A stretch of DNA of 64,000 bases from Lama guanicoe (Eukaryota). The notes beneath the pieces were generated by a model. That model saw nothing but the letters and a program-made list of their open reading frames with translations. It was not told where the DNA came from and did not search any database. Below, piece after piece: positions 1-13,614 of this stretch. Numbering within the stretch: position 1 is the stretch's first letter; every line of letters begins with the position of its first letter. Both the position numbers and the translations under genes were made by a program. Location: positions 16,893,631 to 16,957,630 of the forward strand of contig MU054469.1 in NCBI GenBank assembly GCA_013239625.1. Direction: 5' to 3'.

Positions 1-59
1 CCTCTTTAGAAAGTCTACAAGTGTTTCAGTGCCCTCCTCTGTCCATGTCTGGTAGTGGT

Positions 60-490
60 CTGCTGGGCCTCCACCACCCAGCCCTGTCCTTCTGATCACC
101 TTTCCCCCTCACATACTCCACTCATGCTGGTCCTCAAGTGCCACTCCTGCCTTAGAGCCTCCGCACCAGCTGTTCCCTCTGCTGGAAATTCTGTCCTTCA
201 TCATTTGATGGCTTGGTATTCATCTCCATTAAGGGTTGCCTACCAGGCGTACCTGTTCAAAATTGCTACCTGCCCCCATTCCCAATCCCCTTTTACCCTT
301 CTCCACTTTTCTACTTTCACTTTTTTCCCATAGCACTTATCTTAAATCAGATACTTCACCTTATGGTCTATTGCTTATTGCCCGTTTACACCTATGAGGA
401 TGTAAGCCCACTGAGAGGGATCTTTGTTTCGTCATGATGCCTCCCAAGCACCAGACATCAGGAAGGCACTCCAGTATTTTTGAATGAAAA
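60..490 (+). mobile_element. LINE-2 (L2) 3' fragment
   Basis: Typical L2 3' motifs (gctgttccctctgctgga, tgtaagccc..gagaggga, aaggcactc..tattttttgaatgaa). Confidence 0.65.
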
Positions 491-835
491 ATTACTAATG
501 TGATCAAATCCAGGACAGGGAATTGTTATGGGACATGAGAGTGTTTATATGGACTTAGGTAGTTCATAAACCGAAATTTGAGTGTTTGCCTGCAGGTAGA
601 CTCCAAGCTAATAGAGAGAGGATCCTGTTCATTTTTACCTGATGAATTGATGTCAAGTCTAAAATAGTGGTGAGGTCTTGGATATGTTCAGGGAGGTTTT
701 ATCCATACAATTCCAGACTTGATTATAAGTAATATGTAGTTTTTAAATTGTATAAACTCTTGGGTTGAAAAAATATTGAAAGATAGTGATTCCTAAAATA
801 AATGCTTTGATCAAACATTTCCTTGGTTATTACAG

Positions 836-1043
836 CAAAGAAGAGAGTGGAATCTAAAGAAACAGTTACGATGGGGGACTCTATGGTGAAAATAAATGGA
901 ATTTATTTACCAGAATCAAATGCCCTTGGCCACTTAAAGAGTCACCCACTTCAGCTAACATATGATGGAGACATCAGTGAAATCAAGGAGCAAGAAGTGT
1001 TCAAGGGGACGACACCCTTGCCATCCCATCTCAGAAGTGGAGG
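836..1043 (+). CDS. ARMC2: ARMC2 coding exon (~exon 5), 208 nt
   Basis: Acceptor ttattacag|CAAAG and donor GAGG|gtcagt. Encodes KKRVESKETVTMGDSMVKINGIYLPESNALGHLKSHPLQLTYDGDISEIKEQEVFKGTTPLPSHLRSGG (ORF 823..1122). Confidence 0.93.
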
Positions 1044-1494
1044 GTCAGTATTCTTTTTATTTAATTTTCTGCTCTGGACAACTGTGTCATTTACGAGTTT
1101 GTTCTCTAGCTTATGTAGATGATTGATTTGCATTTTTCCCTTTTCTATAAACAAATTTTAAGTTAGTGATGCATGCGTAGGAGAGAGTTCTCACGGCTGA
1201 ATGGAGTTGATTTTACATCTCCCTCTTTAATCCTCAGGAAAACATTTATTCATACCTGCCAAAGTGCTGCTTTGATACAACTGTCAGGATAAAGTCTCTG
1301 CTTAATTTGGGCTGTTCCAGCCAGCCCTTGAGTGATGACTGATCTTTCTGTTTGTGTTACTTGGGATTCTTGCCCAGCCTGGAATTTCTCATTACCTCCC
1401 TTTAGGTTAGTCCACTGTTGTTAACTCTACAAAACAGTGGACACTTGGTTTAATTCATCCTCCAGTTGAAACTTGGATTAAAATATTTATTTTG

Positions 1495-1828
1495 CAAACT
1501 CATAGTTAAAAACAGGAGGGCCCTGTGAAACTCTCTTATCTATTTCCCCTACTAACCCTCACAGAATGAATGATTGGGAATTATTTTCTTTCATACCATG
1601 TTCCTAAAGAAGGCTTTTTTTTTTTTACCCCAATCCACACTGACTCCTTTACCCCACCCATCCAAACTCATAGTTCAGGAGGGCCCTGTGAAACTCTCTT
1701 ATCTATTTCCCCTACTAACCCTCACAGAATGAATGATTGGGAATTATTTTCTTTCATACCATGTTCCTAAAGAAGGCTTTTTTTTTTTTTACCCCAATCC
1801 ACACTGACTCCTTTACCCCACCCATCCA
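1495..1828 (+). repeat. Near-perfect tandem duplication, two units of ~165-168 bp
   Basis: caaactcatagtt...caggagggccctgtgaaactc...accccacccatcca starts at 1495 and again at 1663. The copies differ only by a 5-A indel and T12 versus T13. Confidence 0.95.
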
Positions 1829-4039
1829 GGAGCCCCTAAATTCGTTCCATGTTCCTAGATAGGGCTTTCTAGGGCTTCCCCTAGAAAACTGAGGAGCAAT
1901 TTTCCTACCATATTAAGGATTTGCAGAGAAATGCTCACTGTATGAACCATGTGAATTCTTACGCTGGCGTTTTCCTAAAGAAGCCTGGAATGACTGGGGA
2001 CCGGGGTGGGGATCGAGCAGCTGTTTTTCAGTCCCAGCCAGTAGTGATGCTAAGATAGGCGGAAGGTCTTGAACTGGACAGCGTCAGTCAGAGATATTTT
2101 TCGGCGACTTTCCATTGGGTCATTGTGAACAGCTGCCCAGTTCAAATCTACTTAACTAGATTGAATTCCACGGGCCATTTTAAGACCAAGTGCTTATTGC
2201 CCTCACTTTAGATTTTGGGTCCAACTTTGGCATGTACACACGCAGCATGCTTAAAACTAACTTTTCCCCGAACTGGCTGCTTGGCAGCTGGTTAGTTTAG
2301 CTGAAATGACCTTATCTGCTGACACAGAGTGTCGCACTCACTGAATTTATAGTAGTCAGTCTAGTAGTCCTTGTAATGTCGCTTTGCATTCAGAACATTT
2401 TTTTAAATTAAAGGAAAAATGAAATATCTCCTTAAGTGGAAGGGAACAACTTCAAACTGGGACTTTGGGAGTTGAGCACAAAACATCAAACTGGCCATTG
2501 CAACAAATCTTTTCCAGTTGGCGAGTAAGAATAGGCTGCGGACCGCAGAGCTTAAACATAAAAGGCAGCAGGAGAACTTGTGTTTCTTTCAGCACTGAAG
2601 TGAAAAGGAAACATTTATCTTGCTGCACCCATCCTTACAGTAATTAAAGTTGACTAGAAAAAACCAGACAAGAGCTGTTTTCTTTTCTTCTCTTTTTCAC
2701 AAGCTTTCAGATGTTGTGGAATAATCTGGCAAGCCAAGGTTCATTATGTCGCCCTCAGTCTGGGACAGCAAAGGCATTTTCAGTTACATATTTTATCCTC
2801 CAAACAGCAGAGAAAAAATCAATTAGGGACTGAAGGCAGTTCTTCCTGACTGTCCAGAATTAGGAGGCACTGGCGGCAGCACTAATTGTTTTCATCTGGC
2901 TTTGTTAGGCTGGCTTTTGCATCATGCAATGATTGTGACTGAGTTGGGTTTGCAAAACACCCTGGCAAGTTTAACCCCAAGTAACATTTTTGCATTATGA
3001 ATCTTTACCTCTTTTAATCACTGGATGGGATTTTGTCGAAGTGGTGTCCCAAAAAAGTTTTTTTAGGATTAAGACAAGCCAGAAAATGGAAACTATTAGC
3101 AATTCTTCCATTAATTACACTTGTGAATCAATCTGGGATACTTGGTAGTTGTTTCTGGTAAACATTCAAATGAGTAATTCCAAGAAATGATCTTTGCTCT
3201 GCAGTGGAGTATTCCCAGTTTTGATGCTAAAGTCTTGCCATCAATTAACACGTTTTCAGCTTTAGACCATAAAGTGGAAAATGAAGACCCTTGTCAGTGA
3301 ACTGGGCTGGCTGGAGGGAGGGAATGGGTTGCATAACTAGAACAGGGAGAGGCAGGAGATGACAGTGGTTGAGGGCCGAGAAGAAGCGTGAGCAGCCGTG
3401 TAAATGGGACACAGGAGGCAAGGTCATGCTCTCTACACAGGGTCAGTGCCTTCTGCTCTCACCTGGGAGCTGCCACCTCCCACCAGTGCTTCTTGGCCTC
3501 GGGGAAGAAAGGAGTGATTTAATTCAGTGAAACCACTTTGATTTCAAGGAAGCCCTTAATTTAGAATACGGATAACTCAAACTTGGGATGGACTAGAGTT
3601 TAACTTTAAGTTGGTTGTTGTGATGGGAAAAGGACTTGCTAAGCAAAATGTCCTTGCAAACAAGGTCTTAGGGGACTGTTTAACTTTCCAGAGGAGAACG
3701 TGCTCTGCAGTACTTGCTGAACTGTCACCTTCTCACTGTGTGCAGACTACAACAGCCTGTGTGTCCACACAAGGGTTCATTCATTGTTTGGCAGACCTGC
3801 TCCTTAGCAACACCCCATTTTCTCTTCCTTTGTGTTGCCATATGTTTTGAAAATAGCTTCCATTAAAATATGTATGTGTGCATATCTCCATCCACCATCC
3901 ATCCAGTGGTGCCATCTGATGGACCCCTTTATATACCTACTTTAAAACCTTTTAAGGCTTTCTGTGTAAATATTGTTCAAAGTCATGGTTTGGAAATGTG
4001 ATTTTTAGGGCTTTAGGAGGAAAGCCCAAGAGCAGTCCA

Positions 4040-4200
4040 TTGTGGAAAGTTGAGGAGAACTCTGTGTTGGGGCCAGAATCCATGGATTTAGGATTGGTTC
4101 CCTCTTAACCACAAAATTCCACTGTATGTTCTTTGACAAGTCTCTTAACACTTCCAGGGGCTCTGTTTTCTAATCTGTAAAATGGAAAGAACTGGACTCT
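4040..4200 (+). mobile_element. MIR SINE fragment
   Basis: MIR core-like tttgacaagtctcttaac...ctgttttctaatctgtaaaatgg. Confidence 0.6.
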
Positions 4201-4599
4201 GTGTACAGATTGACTGTAGGCTGTGGAATGATTAAAAAGGCTTGAAAGCCTTATTTGTAAACTACCAAGTCCTGTTAGTATTGTTGGAATCAAAAGTGAG
4301 CAAAGAGGGCTTCTGGTTAAAGGTGGCAAAGCAAAGGCATTCTGCAGAAACCCAGTGAAAGCAACAAAAAATGAAAAATAGAAATAAATGTCATCAATGA
4401 AACAGAAAAATGGTTCCAACCCCAAACTACAAAATACAAAGGAACCTTTACACTGCAGTGTAGGATTGAGTTTTTCTTCTACCTAGCATACTTCCTTCTG
4501 GAGAGTGAGCTGTCTTACATAGTATAATAAATTCTGCTCAGTCTGTGTTGAAAGGAGGGCTGGCCCTGTCTTCCCTATGCCTCTTCCCAGGGGTGCTTA

Positions 4600-5118
4600 T
4601 GTGGCCCAGAGCTGGCTAATCAGTTATACAACCCACTAGCCATAGCAGTTGGTTCAGAGGTAGGTACATGATCCAAGCCAGGCCAACTGAATTCTCCCCA
4701 GGACTTTTGCCAAAGCCTTTGGGGAAAGTGCTCTTTCTCGAAGTGCACAAGCTGTAAAGATAATATTGTCTTGGAGTGAAGAGTGGCCATTTCATTGCCT
4801 TGTGGAAGGTGACTTTGAGAGGAAAGTGATGTATAAACGGACCAAGTCAAGGAATGGAGATGGTGACTGAATTCAAGGGTGGTATATAGGCCCCTAGATC
4901 CAGCTGTGCCTGAGGCCACCGCATCCACACTGCAGATGGGCTGTTTTATGAACCAACGTGTTCCTTTTTCTTTCTCTCTCTCGTTCATCTTCCTTCCTTC
5001 CTCTTTCTTTTCCTTCTTACCTTTCTTTCTTCTTTCCTTTATTATTTTGATAGGGACAGATGATGGTAATTTAGATTAGGTTTTTATCACTTGGACTATT
5101 GTAACCAAAAGAGTCCAG
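4600..5118 (+). mobile_element. Old MaLR solo LTR (MLT1J/K/L-like) with internal CT-rich tract
   Basis: Motifs ttggttcagaggtaggtacatgatccaagc, cctagatccagctgtgcctgaggcc and tcacttg...aaccaaaagagtcc. Confidence 0.6.
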
Positions 5119-5599
5119 TTAACCTGCCAGACTCTGTGAAATATAGATGAAGATGGGGTAATTTGAGAGCAGACATTTACCTCCTCAGACTTGAAGAAGA
5201 AACAGATTTCACAGACAGTGAGTCTCTCAGTTCAGGAAGGCGTATCCAATATTCTTTAATTAAAGAAACACAATGTAAGGATGTGGGTAGGCCACAGGAG
5301 AAGTGGGGAAGCCACAGTAGAGACTCCGTTCCAGATCCAGGGTGTGAAGCAGCTGAGGGAAATGGAGCTGAGGATGACATGCTCTCCCTGTTTTCTGTGA
5401 GCCAGATAGTTTGTGTTTGTGTGCGTGTGTGTATCTAGAGGAGAGAGTTCCAAAGATTGGAACCCAAGGAGCCTGGCCTATAAGGGGGCTTTTCTGTGCA
5501 TCACAAAACCTGCTACATAAAAACCAAGGAAACACACACTGCAGGTCAAGAAAATAACAGACCTGGAAGATAGATGTTCAAGAAAACTAAAGTTGAAGC

Positions 5600-7190
5600 T
5601 GTAGGGCTCCCTAGTTCTCTCCCTTCAGGGACCCTTTTCATTCAACAAGTACATGGCTCTGTTTAAAGATAAATAATATTCAGATAAGAGTTAACATGGG
5701 ACTCATGCATGGCTTTGTGAAGAACATGACAAAGACCAATGACGGAAATGGATCACAAAAGGACGCACCCTCCAAGAACAGGGGAAGAGTTAAAACAGTT
5801 GTCCATAGTGTCAGAGAAATTACAGATAATGTTATTACCTTTTTAAAAAAGGAAAAAAGAGCTCTTCTTTGGGTTATAGGAATTCAAATTAGAGAATTTA
5901 AGCCCACATGAAGTGAAAATATGCTCACAAGTCTCAAAAAAGAGATGAAAGAAATGAAAGAAAAATGTATAAACATGGAGAGGAAAGACACATTAGAAAT
6001 AAGAAGTGAGAATAAAAGAACAGCTGGAAATGCAATCAGACATGGTAGACAAGCTGGAGGAAATAATAATAAAGGAATGAATAAGAAAATGGGAAAATGA
6101 TTAGAGACAATAAGACAGATACGGGAGGCATGATACTTGTATTCTCGAAAGAGGGAATCATCCTTTTCCTCCTCATCCTCCTCTTCCTTCTGGTACTACC
6201 TTTACTTTGACTAAGTGCCAGGTACTCTTCCAAGTGATTTACATATATCAACTCACTTGGTATTTACAACAACCCACAGAGGATGGAAGAGAGAAAAACA
6301 AGAAAAATTTTGATACAATGGAAGACAACTTTCTGATATAAAGATTTGAATCTGAAGCCCAAATGAATACATCATGTTGCAACAAAATTTACTATGGACT
6401 AATCCACACCAAGACATTCCCAACAGTGCTCAGCACTGGAACACTGCCCAGTACATAGCATACACTCTGTTAGTAATTGTTAATTGCGTGGGTAAATGGA
6501 AGAAGGTGCCCTATGGCCATCAGGCTGAACAAGCAAGTCACATAAAAGAAGAAAAAAAGCAGGCTGCCTCTGGTTTATTAGAGCTTCCCTTGGTGCCAGA
6601 AGATAGTGCCAGATGAAGTCCTAAGTATAAGAAGGATAACCCAAGAATTGTATTGCCAGACAAGTTGTCCTTCAGTAAAAAGGCAACAGAGAGACATTTT
6701 CAAATGTGGATGGACTTGGGGACTATCATGCTCATGCACTTTCTAGAAAATTCTTTGACAACAAAATGATGAGTCAGAATTCAGAACTAAGAAATGAAGA
6801 AGCTATGGTAAAAGCATTCCTGGTGAGTATTGGCTCATACTGAATTAAAACTGAACAGCTCTGAAAATGATGCTTATGGAACAGAAACCTTGACAATGTA
6901 ATATTAACATAAATAACCAAAACTGGTACTTGGGAGGAAGTATGAGTGACTTAATTTGCTTCACTTTATAATACAGAGTGGGTTTGTCAGTAGCTACAGT
7001 CTGAAATTGAAATACATCATTTAAAAAAAGAATGATTTCAGCATCCTAATGTTTTCCTTTATTTTTTCCTTAACTTTAGAGGGATCTTTTAGAAACTAAT
7101 ATCTCTTGTGAAGACCCATTCATCTGAAGTTCTACAGTTTCTTCAGTTTCACCTCCGTTTCCATCTCCCTGTTAGATTCAAGTAAAATTT
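5600..7190 (+). mobile_element. HAL1 / ancient L1 ORF1-like remnant (interrupted by a MIR piece at ~6190-6290)
   Basis: A-rich degenerate ORF1-like sequence (ccaagaattgtattgccagacaagttgtccttc) and HAL1-like 3' segment (tttagaaactaatatctcttgtg...catctgaagtt). Confidence 0.55.
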
Positions 7191-7696
7191 ATATTCCATA
7201 CTTTTCAATTACAATGACTCGTGTGGTATGACCCCATTTATATGTATCCTTTACCGCCCCTTCCCTCCAAGTCACACTTCTGTTCTTTCATTCTTTTATC
7301 TTTTCATCTGAATATAAGAAAAATATGTCTGGAATGATGTCTGCCACATATTAACGATGTTTATTGTTGGGTAGAGGGATCCTAGGTGATTTTTAAAATC
7401 TTCTTTGTATTTCTTATATTGCCTGGCCTTAAAAAATAATAAATACATCATTTTTTTCAGAAATAATGAAGTCATTCTTCTTTTAAGAAATTAAGGGTAA
7501 CGTGGCTGCGAAACTGTGCACGTTTACAAACAACAGGCACTGACCAGCATGATTTTGTAGAATCTCACCTTATTCAACAGTTTCTGTTTGATAAGCATTT
7601 CTTGATAAGCAAAGCACCGTGCTAGTGGGATTAGGAGATACATAAATGGACCTTGACCTACAGAAATGGAACCTTACCAATCTGTCAGGCTCTGCA

Positions 7697-7856
7697 TTCG
7701 TGCAAGGGTGGTCCCTGGACCAGCAGCATTGGCACCACCTGGGAACTTGTTAGAAATGCAGAATCTTAGGCCCCTCCCCAGACCTGCTGAATTAGAATTG
7801 GCAGTTTTATAAAGTATCTAAGTGATCTGAATGCACACATGTTTTAGAAGCACTGT
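7697..7856. mobile_element. MER5A-type hAT-Charlie DNA transposon
   Basis: gtggtccctggaccagcagcattggcaccacctgggaacttgttagaaatgcagaatct...ccagacctgctgaattagaa...agcactg. Confidence 0.85.
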
Positions 7857-8079
7857 TCAATGATCACCTCTTATTCTGGAGGAATGAAAGGAGAACTGCT
7901 TTATCTGCATATGTGAGAAAAGACAAGAATTGACCAACACAGTGATCTGACCACCAAAACCGCTCATGCAGTTTTAGGCTCCATTATTTAGAGTCTCTCT
8001 TTGCTCCTTGGGTCATACCTTTAGCCCAGTGCTGGCTTCCAGACTTTTAAAAGGATCCAGACAAACTGACACCGTCTCC

Positions 8080-8500
8080 AAGTATCTGAACAGGCTGGCG
8101 AAGAGATTTCAAACCCTGTCATATAAGGAAGCGTTGAAGGGACTGGAGTTTATTAATGACGTCAATGATGACAGCTTCAATAATAGTGAAGACTTACTGA
8201 GTACTTACTACGTGCCTGGAACTGTGCTAAACAATTCCACATTAGAGCATTTCATCTTCACAACAGCCTTTATTTACCACCCCTCATATGTAGATGAGGA
8301 AACCAAAGCTTAGGTAAAAAATTTACCTGAGATCACACAACTAGCAAGTGGTAGAACCAAAGAATTTAAACCATAGGAGATGAGTTTAAATATTTGAAGG
8401 GTTGGCAGAAGGAAGAAGGATAAAGATTTATTTTATTAGTAGAACCAAGATCAATGGGTAGAAGTTACTGGGAGACAGTTCTCCATTGAGTAGAAGGCCA
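8080..8500. mobile_element. L3/CR1 fragment split by a minus-strand MIR (~8170-8370)
   Basis: L3-like tgtcatataaggaagcgttgaagggactggag and aaatatttgaagggttggcagaaggaag flank MIR-like actgagtacttactacgtgcc...tagatgaggaaacc. Confidence 0.55.
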
Positions 8501-9689
8501 TCTAGTCTTCTTTAGCAAAGAGGGGGTTTTCTTTTCTGGTTGCCTCTCTCCCCACTTCACTCTTTCTGTGGGACTTGAGCTGTGCTGCTTCAGAACTGGC
8601 CGGATTGGACAGTTCTTCCTCGTCCTCATCTTCTTGGGCCTGTTAATCATTCTTACCTATGCAACCTGCTGGACCTTGTGAGAGCATATTTTCTCTCTCT
8701 TCTTCCTTTGGACTCCTCTTCCCCTTTCTGTCCTTTACCCATAACTATCTGACAAGGCCATGTCCTGAGATTCTAGTCTTCAAGCCACTCTTCTGATGAC
8801 TCTGGTCCCAGTGTACTGCTTTGACCTCCTTTCCTGATTTCCACATCTCCTTTGCCAACACTTTATTTTTTATTAGAAACTCGACATGGCAAAACCCAGA
8901 CTTGCTTTACCTTTCAAACTGTTCTATTCTCTAACCTCTCATTTCTGTTATGGTAGCTCTGCTGTCCTGTTCCTCCAAGGCAGCCTTCTCTTTCTTCTGC
9001 CTGAAATCAACCACCAAATCCTATCAATTTTCATGTATAGGATCTCCTGAATTTGTTCCTTCTCCTCCAGTCCCACTGTCACCCTCAAAAAATTAGTCCT
9101 TGTTACCTCCCTCCAGGTCTCCTAAATACTCTTATCATCACATAGCTCCAAATCTCATCATTTCTTTGTATAAGAACCTAGGACAGTTCCTTATTGCCCA
9201 TCAAACTGGGTCCATTGACTCAGCCCAAAGTTTCAGGCAGCTGTTCCCAATACCTCCCAGCAGAAACCTATTCCTAACTTGCTGGCCCTGTGCAATTACC
9301 CCCTGCCCTGAGCACCCCCACTGCTCATGCCCCTCTTTACCTTCACTCATGCTACTCTGCTCCTGAGAGTAGTGTTGTCATGTGCTAGTTCAGCTTTTGT
9401 TCTTTTAAGGCCCACCTTGTGGTCTACTTCTCCCTCTCAGTAATCCCTTCCTTCTCAGCATCTCTCTGTTCCTTGTAACCTGCTGAATTTCACATTCAAG
9501 TACTTGATTAGAGACTCCATTGGAATTTTCCATTAAAAAAAAGTTACTTAGTTTCTCAAAGTAGATCTGCAACTTCTGGGTAACACCTTGTATGTTCTCT
9601 CTCACAGTGACACTCAGCCCTGGGCTGCTCAAGACAGGTGCTCCTAGACTTGCAACAAAAGAAAAAAATATCGACAATTTATTAAGTTC

Positions 9690-9862
9690 TTCAAATGTAC
9701 CAGTCACTCTACTCAGAAGAGATATTGCTTTCATTTTAAGAAAAGGAAACTGAGGCCAAGAGTTAAGTAACTTGCTCAAGGCCATGTGGCTGATAAGAGT
9801 TGGACCCAGGACTTGAACCCAAGTAGTTTGGGTCCAGACCCTGCACACTCAACCACTGTACC
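9690..9862 (-). mobile_element. MIR SINE
   Basis: cattttaagaaaaggaaactgaggccaagagttaagtaacttgctcaaggcc...ggacttgaacccaag. Confidence 0.8.
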
Positions 9863-11623
9863 ATGATGGTCACATGGAGGGTTAGTGAATACCAATCCTG
9901 TGCTCTTCTTTGAGAACCAGTAGGACCCAACACTGTCAAGATTTGATATATGATAAGAAGGACCCTTCTTCCCCCTCCCCCACCCCACCTCACCCAGAAT
10001 GGACATACACAAATGTGGTGTTTAGAGAGGCCGCCTCATCACAGCCCTGTCCTCAGGGAGGGAGGGTGGGTCAGGGACTTGAAAAAGCCATTGGATGCAA
10101 ACTCTCCTGCTTGATTTCAGTAGCTGTTTAGGACAATAGTGAAAAGAAGGGCTTGCCTTTATGAACCTCCATCTCTTCTGTTATTTCTAGGTGTGGTAAG
10201 TTGGGGAACTTCCTTGGCCTCGCACCCTACCGAACTTTTGGTATTTTATCTTTTCATGGAGGTTGATCTCCTTTATTTCCATCTTCTCTGAGATGTGCTC
10301 CATTTGCCTCTCTGCTCCCAGGGTATTGACAGAGAGGATCCCACCCCCATTTCCTTCCTTGATTGACCAGGATATCTCGCTACCAGATCTGTGTTGTCAC
10401 TGTGTATAAAAATAAAGCAATTACTTCAGAGTGTTAAATATTAAGACCCTTTTTTGAAGATTAACTCAATCTTTTCTCTATTGTACGATAAAAGAAAGTG
10501 TTAAATCAAGTTTTTTTTTTTTGAAGAAAGTTTACAGAAAAAGTGATATTTGGAGAAACTAATCCTTGGGGCAGTAGTAAAGGCCAACGGCCAAGACGCT
10601 GAACTGAATATTCAATGGAGATCTCACTACACAGGAAGCAGGAGCAATGGACAGACATATGGATGCTCATGGGTGGCCCTGGCCATGTGTGTGCTTTCTT
10701 TATGATTTTTGTGGCAAATACTATATTTGATGGCAAAAATGAAGTTTTGTTGTAAAACTTACATTGTTATTTTCTTGGTGTTTTTTTTTTAACCTTGGAG
10801 TTTTGTATATATATTTCAAAGTCAGTAATTTTAAGTATCAGCTCTAGCTATGGAGAAGTTATGTCCTTCATAGACCATCATTACACTGTATATAAACTTA
10901 AAAATACCAAAACCCAAAACAAACCCAGGCACATAATCCTTCTGTTGGCCAGCCACTACATCTTCATTTGGAACACAAAATATTTGCCATCTTGGGACTG
11001 CCTGAATTTATCTTCCTTTTTTTTTTTTTAACACTTAAAAGTGCTTCTTTAAAAAAACATTTTTTAGAGAATATCAGTTTAATTAATTTTGAAATGGAGA
11101 CAAGAGACATAGTGAATTGATGGAAAGAGTGGGGAACTGGAAATTATGAGACCTGAGTTCCAAATCTGACCCCACTGTGTGATCCTGGGCACATCTGCCC
11201 AATTAGGGAACAGTTTTCTTGTCTGCAGCGTGTGAGTGAGAGGGCTCTCCAGCTCCTAAACACTACGCTTTTGTGATTCAAGCATACCAGAGTTCTTTCT
11301 TTTTGTAACAGTGACCTCTTGTGGTATGGATCCTTCTTCCTTTTTTTGATTTGCAAAGTAAACTTTGGATTTATTTTGTCGTCATTGTTATTTCTAGTAA
11401 GTACATTTCATATTGTTAAGTGAATCCGACTTGTTTTTAGCAGATAAATCTTAGCTGGAAATCAGAGGTTGATTAAAATGAGATATAGAGCACCAAACTC
11501 CATTTCATACACAATTCCCTGCAGTTTCTTCCGAAGTTGTATTTAGCTGACTCTTGACACTTAAAAAAAGAGAAATGCTTTGGTGTTTGTGCTGAATGTT
11601 GTGTATATTCCTCTTCCTCCCAG

Positions 11624-11700
11624 GGACCAGGGGAAGAGGTGTTCGAGGGCCTCCTCATGCCCTAGCAGCTCAGACCAGAGCAGGCTGGACACCAAAGCAG
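11624..11700 (+). CDS. ARMC2: ARMC2 coding exon (~exon 6), 77 nt
   Basis: Acceptor ctcttcctcccag|GGAC and donor GCAG|gtgagg. Encodes DQGKRCSRASSCPSSSDQSRLDTKA. Too short for the ORF track. Confidence 0.93.
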
Positions 11701-12474
11701 GTGAGGTGTCCGTGTTCTGAGAGGTCCCCCAACACTCCTTCATCTTATCCTCGGCATCTCCATCTGTAGGAAAATCTTTTGCACAAAAGATGTCTGATGT
11801 TGGCTCACTGTTTGGAAATTCTAGGAACTTTGTCCAACTTACACATCAACTTTTGTTTTTATAAATTTTTATTATTTTGACAGCAGTCTTAGCACTTTTA
11901 CCTTTAGCCTGGCTCTAGTGCCTCAAACATCTAAAATTACAATCTTAATGACTGCGCAGACATTATTTTGTAAAGGCATTCAGAAGGTTGCAAAAAGTAG
12001 TTCTGAAGTTCAAAACTTGAGTCAACACCGTGGCTCACTTAAAGGAAACTGTATTAACTATGTGAAGCCAGCCCTCTGTGGCTTTAAACTGTTTGAGAAA
12101 ATATAAATCACAGACTAGAAATGCTGCCAAATGTGTTCGTGCAATGGAATGTTGCAGTTAGAAAAGTGAACTTGAGTACATTTATAGTATTGAATGAAAT
12201 GAGTACAAACATAACATTACATGAAAAAAATTAAGTTTGAAAAACAATGGCATGTGGTGTTTATGGATACAATTCTCTGTGGTAGACGTGTAAAGTGAAG
12301 CATGTAAAAGAGAAAGAACCACTCGATTTAGAGAGATGGTAACCTTCGGGGAGGGGAACACAGAGGGCACTAACTATGTAACGTTGATCTCTTTGAAATA
12401 AGGAGGAGCATGAAAATACAGTTAATATTTGCTTAAACTATTTGTGGGTACGCAGGTGTTTCTTATATTCTCTG

Positions 12475-12510
12475 TGTATATATACTATATATATATATAT
12501 ATATATATAG
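12475..12510. repeat. (TA)n microsatellite
   Basis: Interrupted TA run seen directly. Confidence 0.9.
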
Positions 12511-13614
12511 GTGTGCATGCAATTTTATGAGACCAAACTAATAGTTCAGAAATATATTTAATGATCGTCAAAACTAATTTCTTGTTAATAAAATGACTTT
12601 TGCGACCAACAGGAATTTCTGTCGTACTCAGGAAAATCTTAGACTGATTTCTGCATCAGCGCTGTTGCTAAGTGTTTTACATGTACATGCTAAAAACAGC
12701 AGCCAATAAACATCGTGTCAAGTTTTTGTGTCCAAAATTCAAAGCTGCGGTTAAGAACTATAACCACTGAGACAGCAGAATCTTCAAAAACATGCTGAAA
12801 TTTCTGCCTGACTTACCCAATTTCCTGTTGAATCATAATTTTTATATTTAGCAAACTGTGAACCTAGACGAAAGTGCTTTCTAAAATATTAGACTGTTGC
12901 CCAAGACTGAGGCAAACTTTATCATTTGTGGAGCTTAAGAAGTAATCACGTGATTCTAGGCTTTGGTTTCCAGAGTAGAAGCCGGATTAGGGTATGAAGT
13001 GGGATTTTTGCAGAGAGCAGAGTTGGAGGATACACAGCTGTTCCTGGGAGAGGGTTAAAAGCAAACCCTTACACCACAGTGTCCGGCTAACTTCTGTTCT
13101 GAGAAGAAACAAGTCTTAGAAACATTCAGAAGGGCCTGCGAGGGCCTTTCCGTTCCAAAGGCTAAATAAACTGCTCTGTGATTTTTAACTCACCCTGTAA
13201 CTCAGCAATTCCTGGGGTGAACGTGTTATCTGTTTCGTTTGTCCTGAGAAACAGTTTGATAATTGTGGTTTCTCATAGAGCTGTTCTACTAAAGAGTGTG
13301 CTGCATGGAAGTTAAAAATACTGATTTGAAGCTTTTAGGCTGGAAGTCAGTATTTCTAATCAACTTAAGTGTGTCATAAATATTTGTCGGTTAAATTATT
13401 TGCCTGGCTTATTATTGCCTGGGCTTTTCCCTTGCCTCGATATAGGTTGATTTTATTCACTTACTTTGGATTTTGAATGTGTCCGTTACCTGGGAATATA
13501 ACCAACCATGTTTTCTGTACTGTACTGTACTGTTTGAATACTCATGTTTACTTTTTGAATTCTTATCTGTAATTTATCCATGTTAGGGAAGACTTGTAAA
13601 AGTAATGATCCAAA

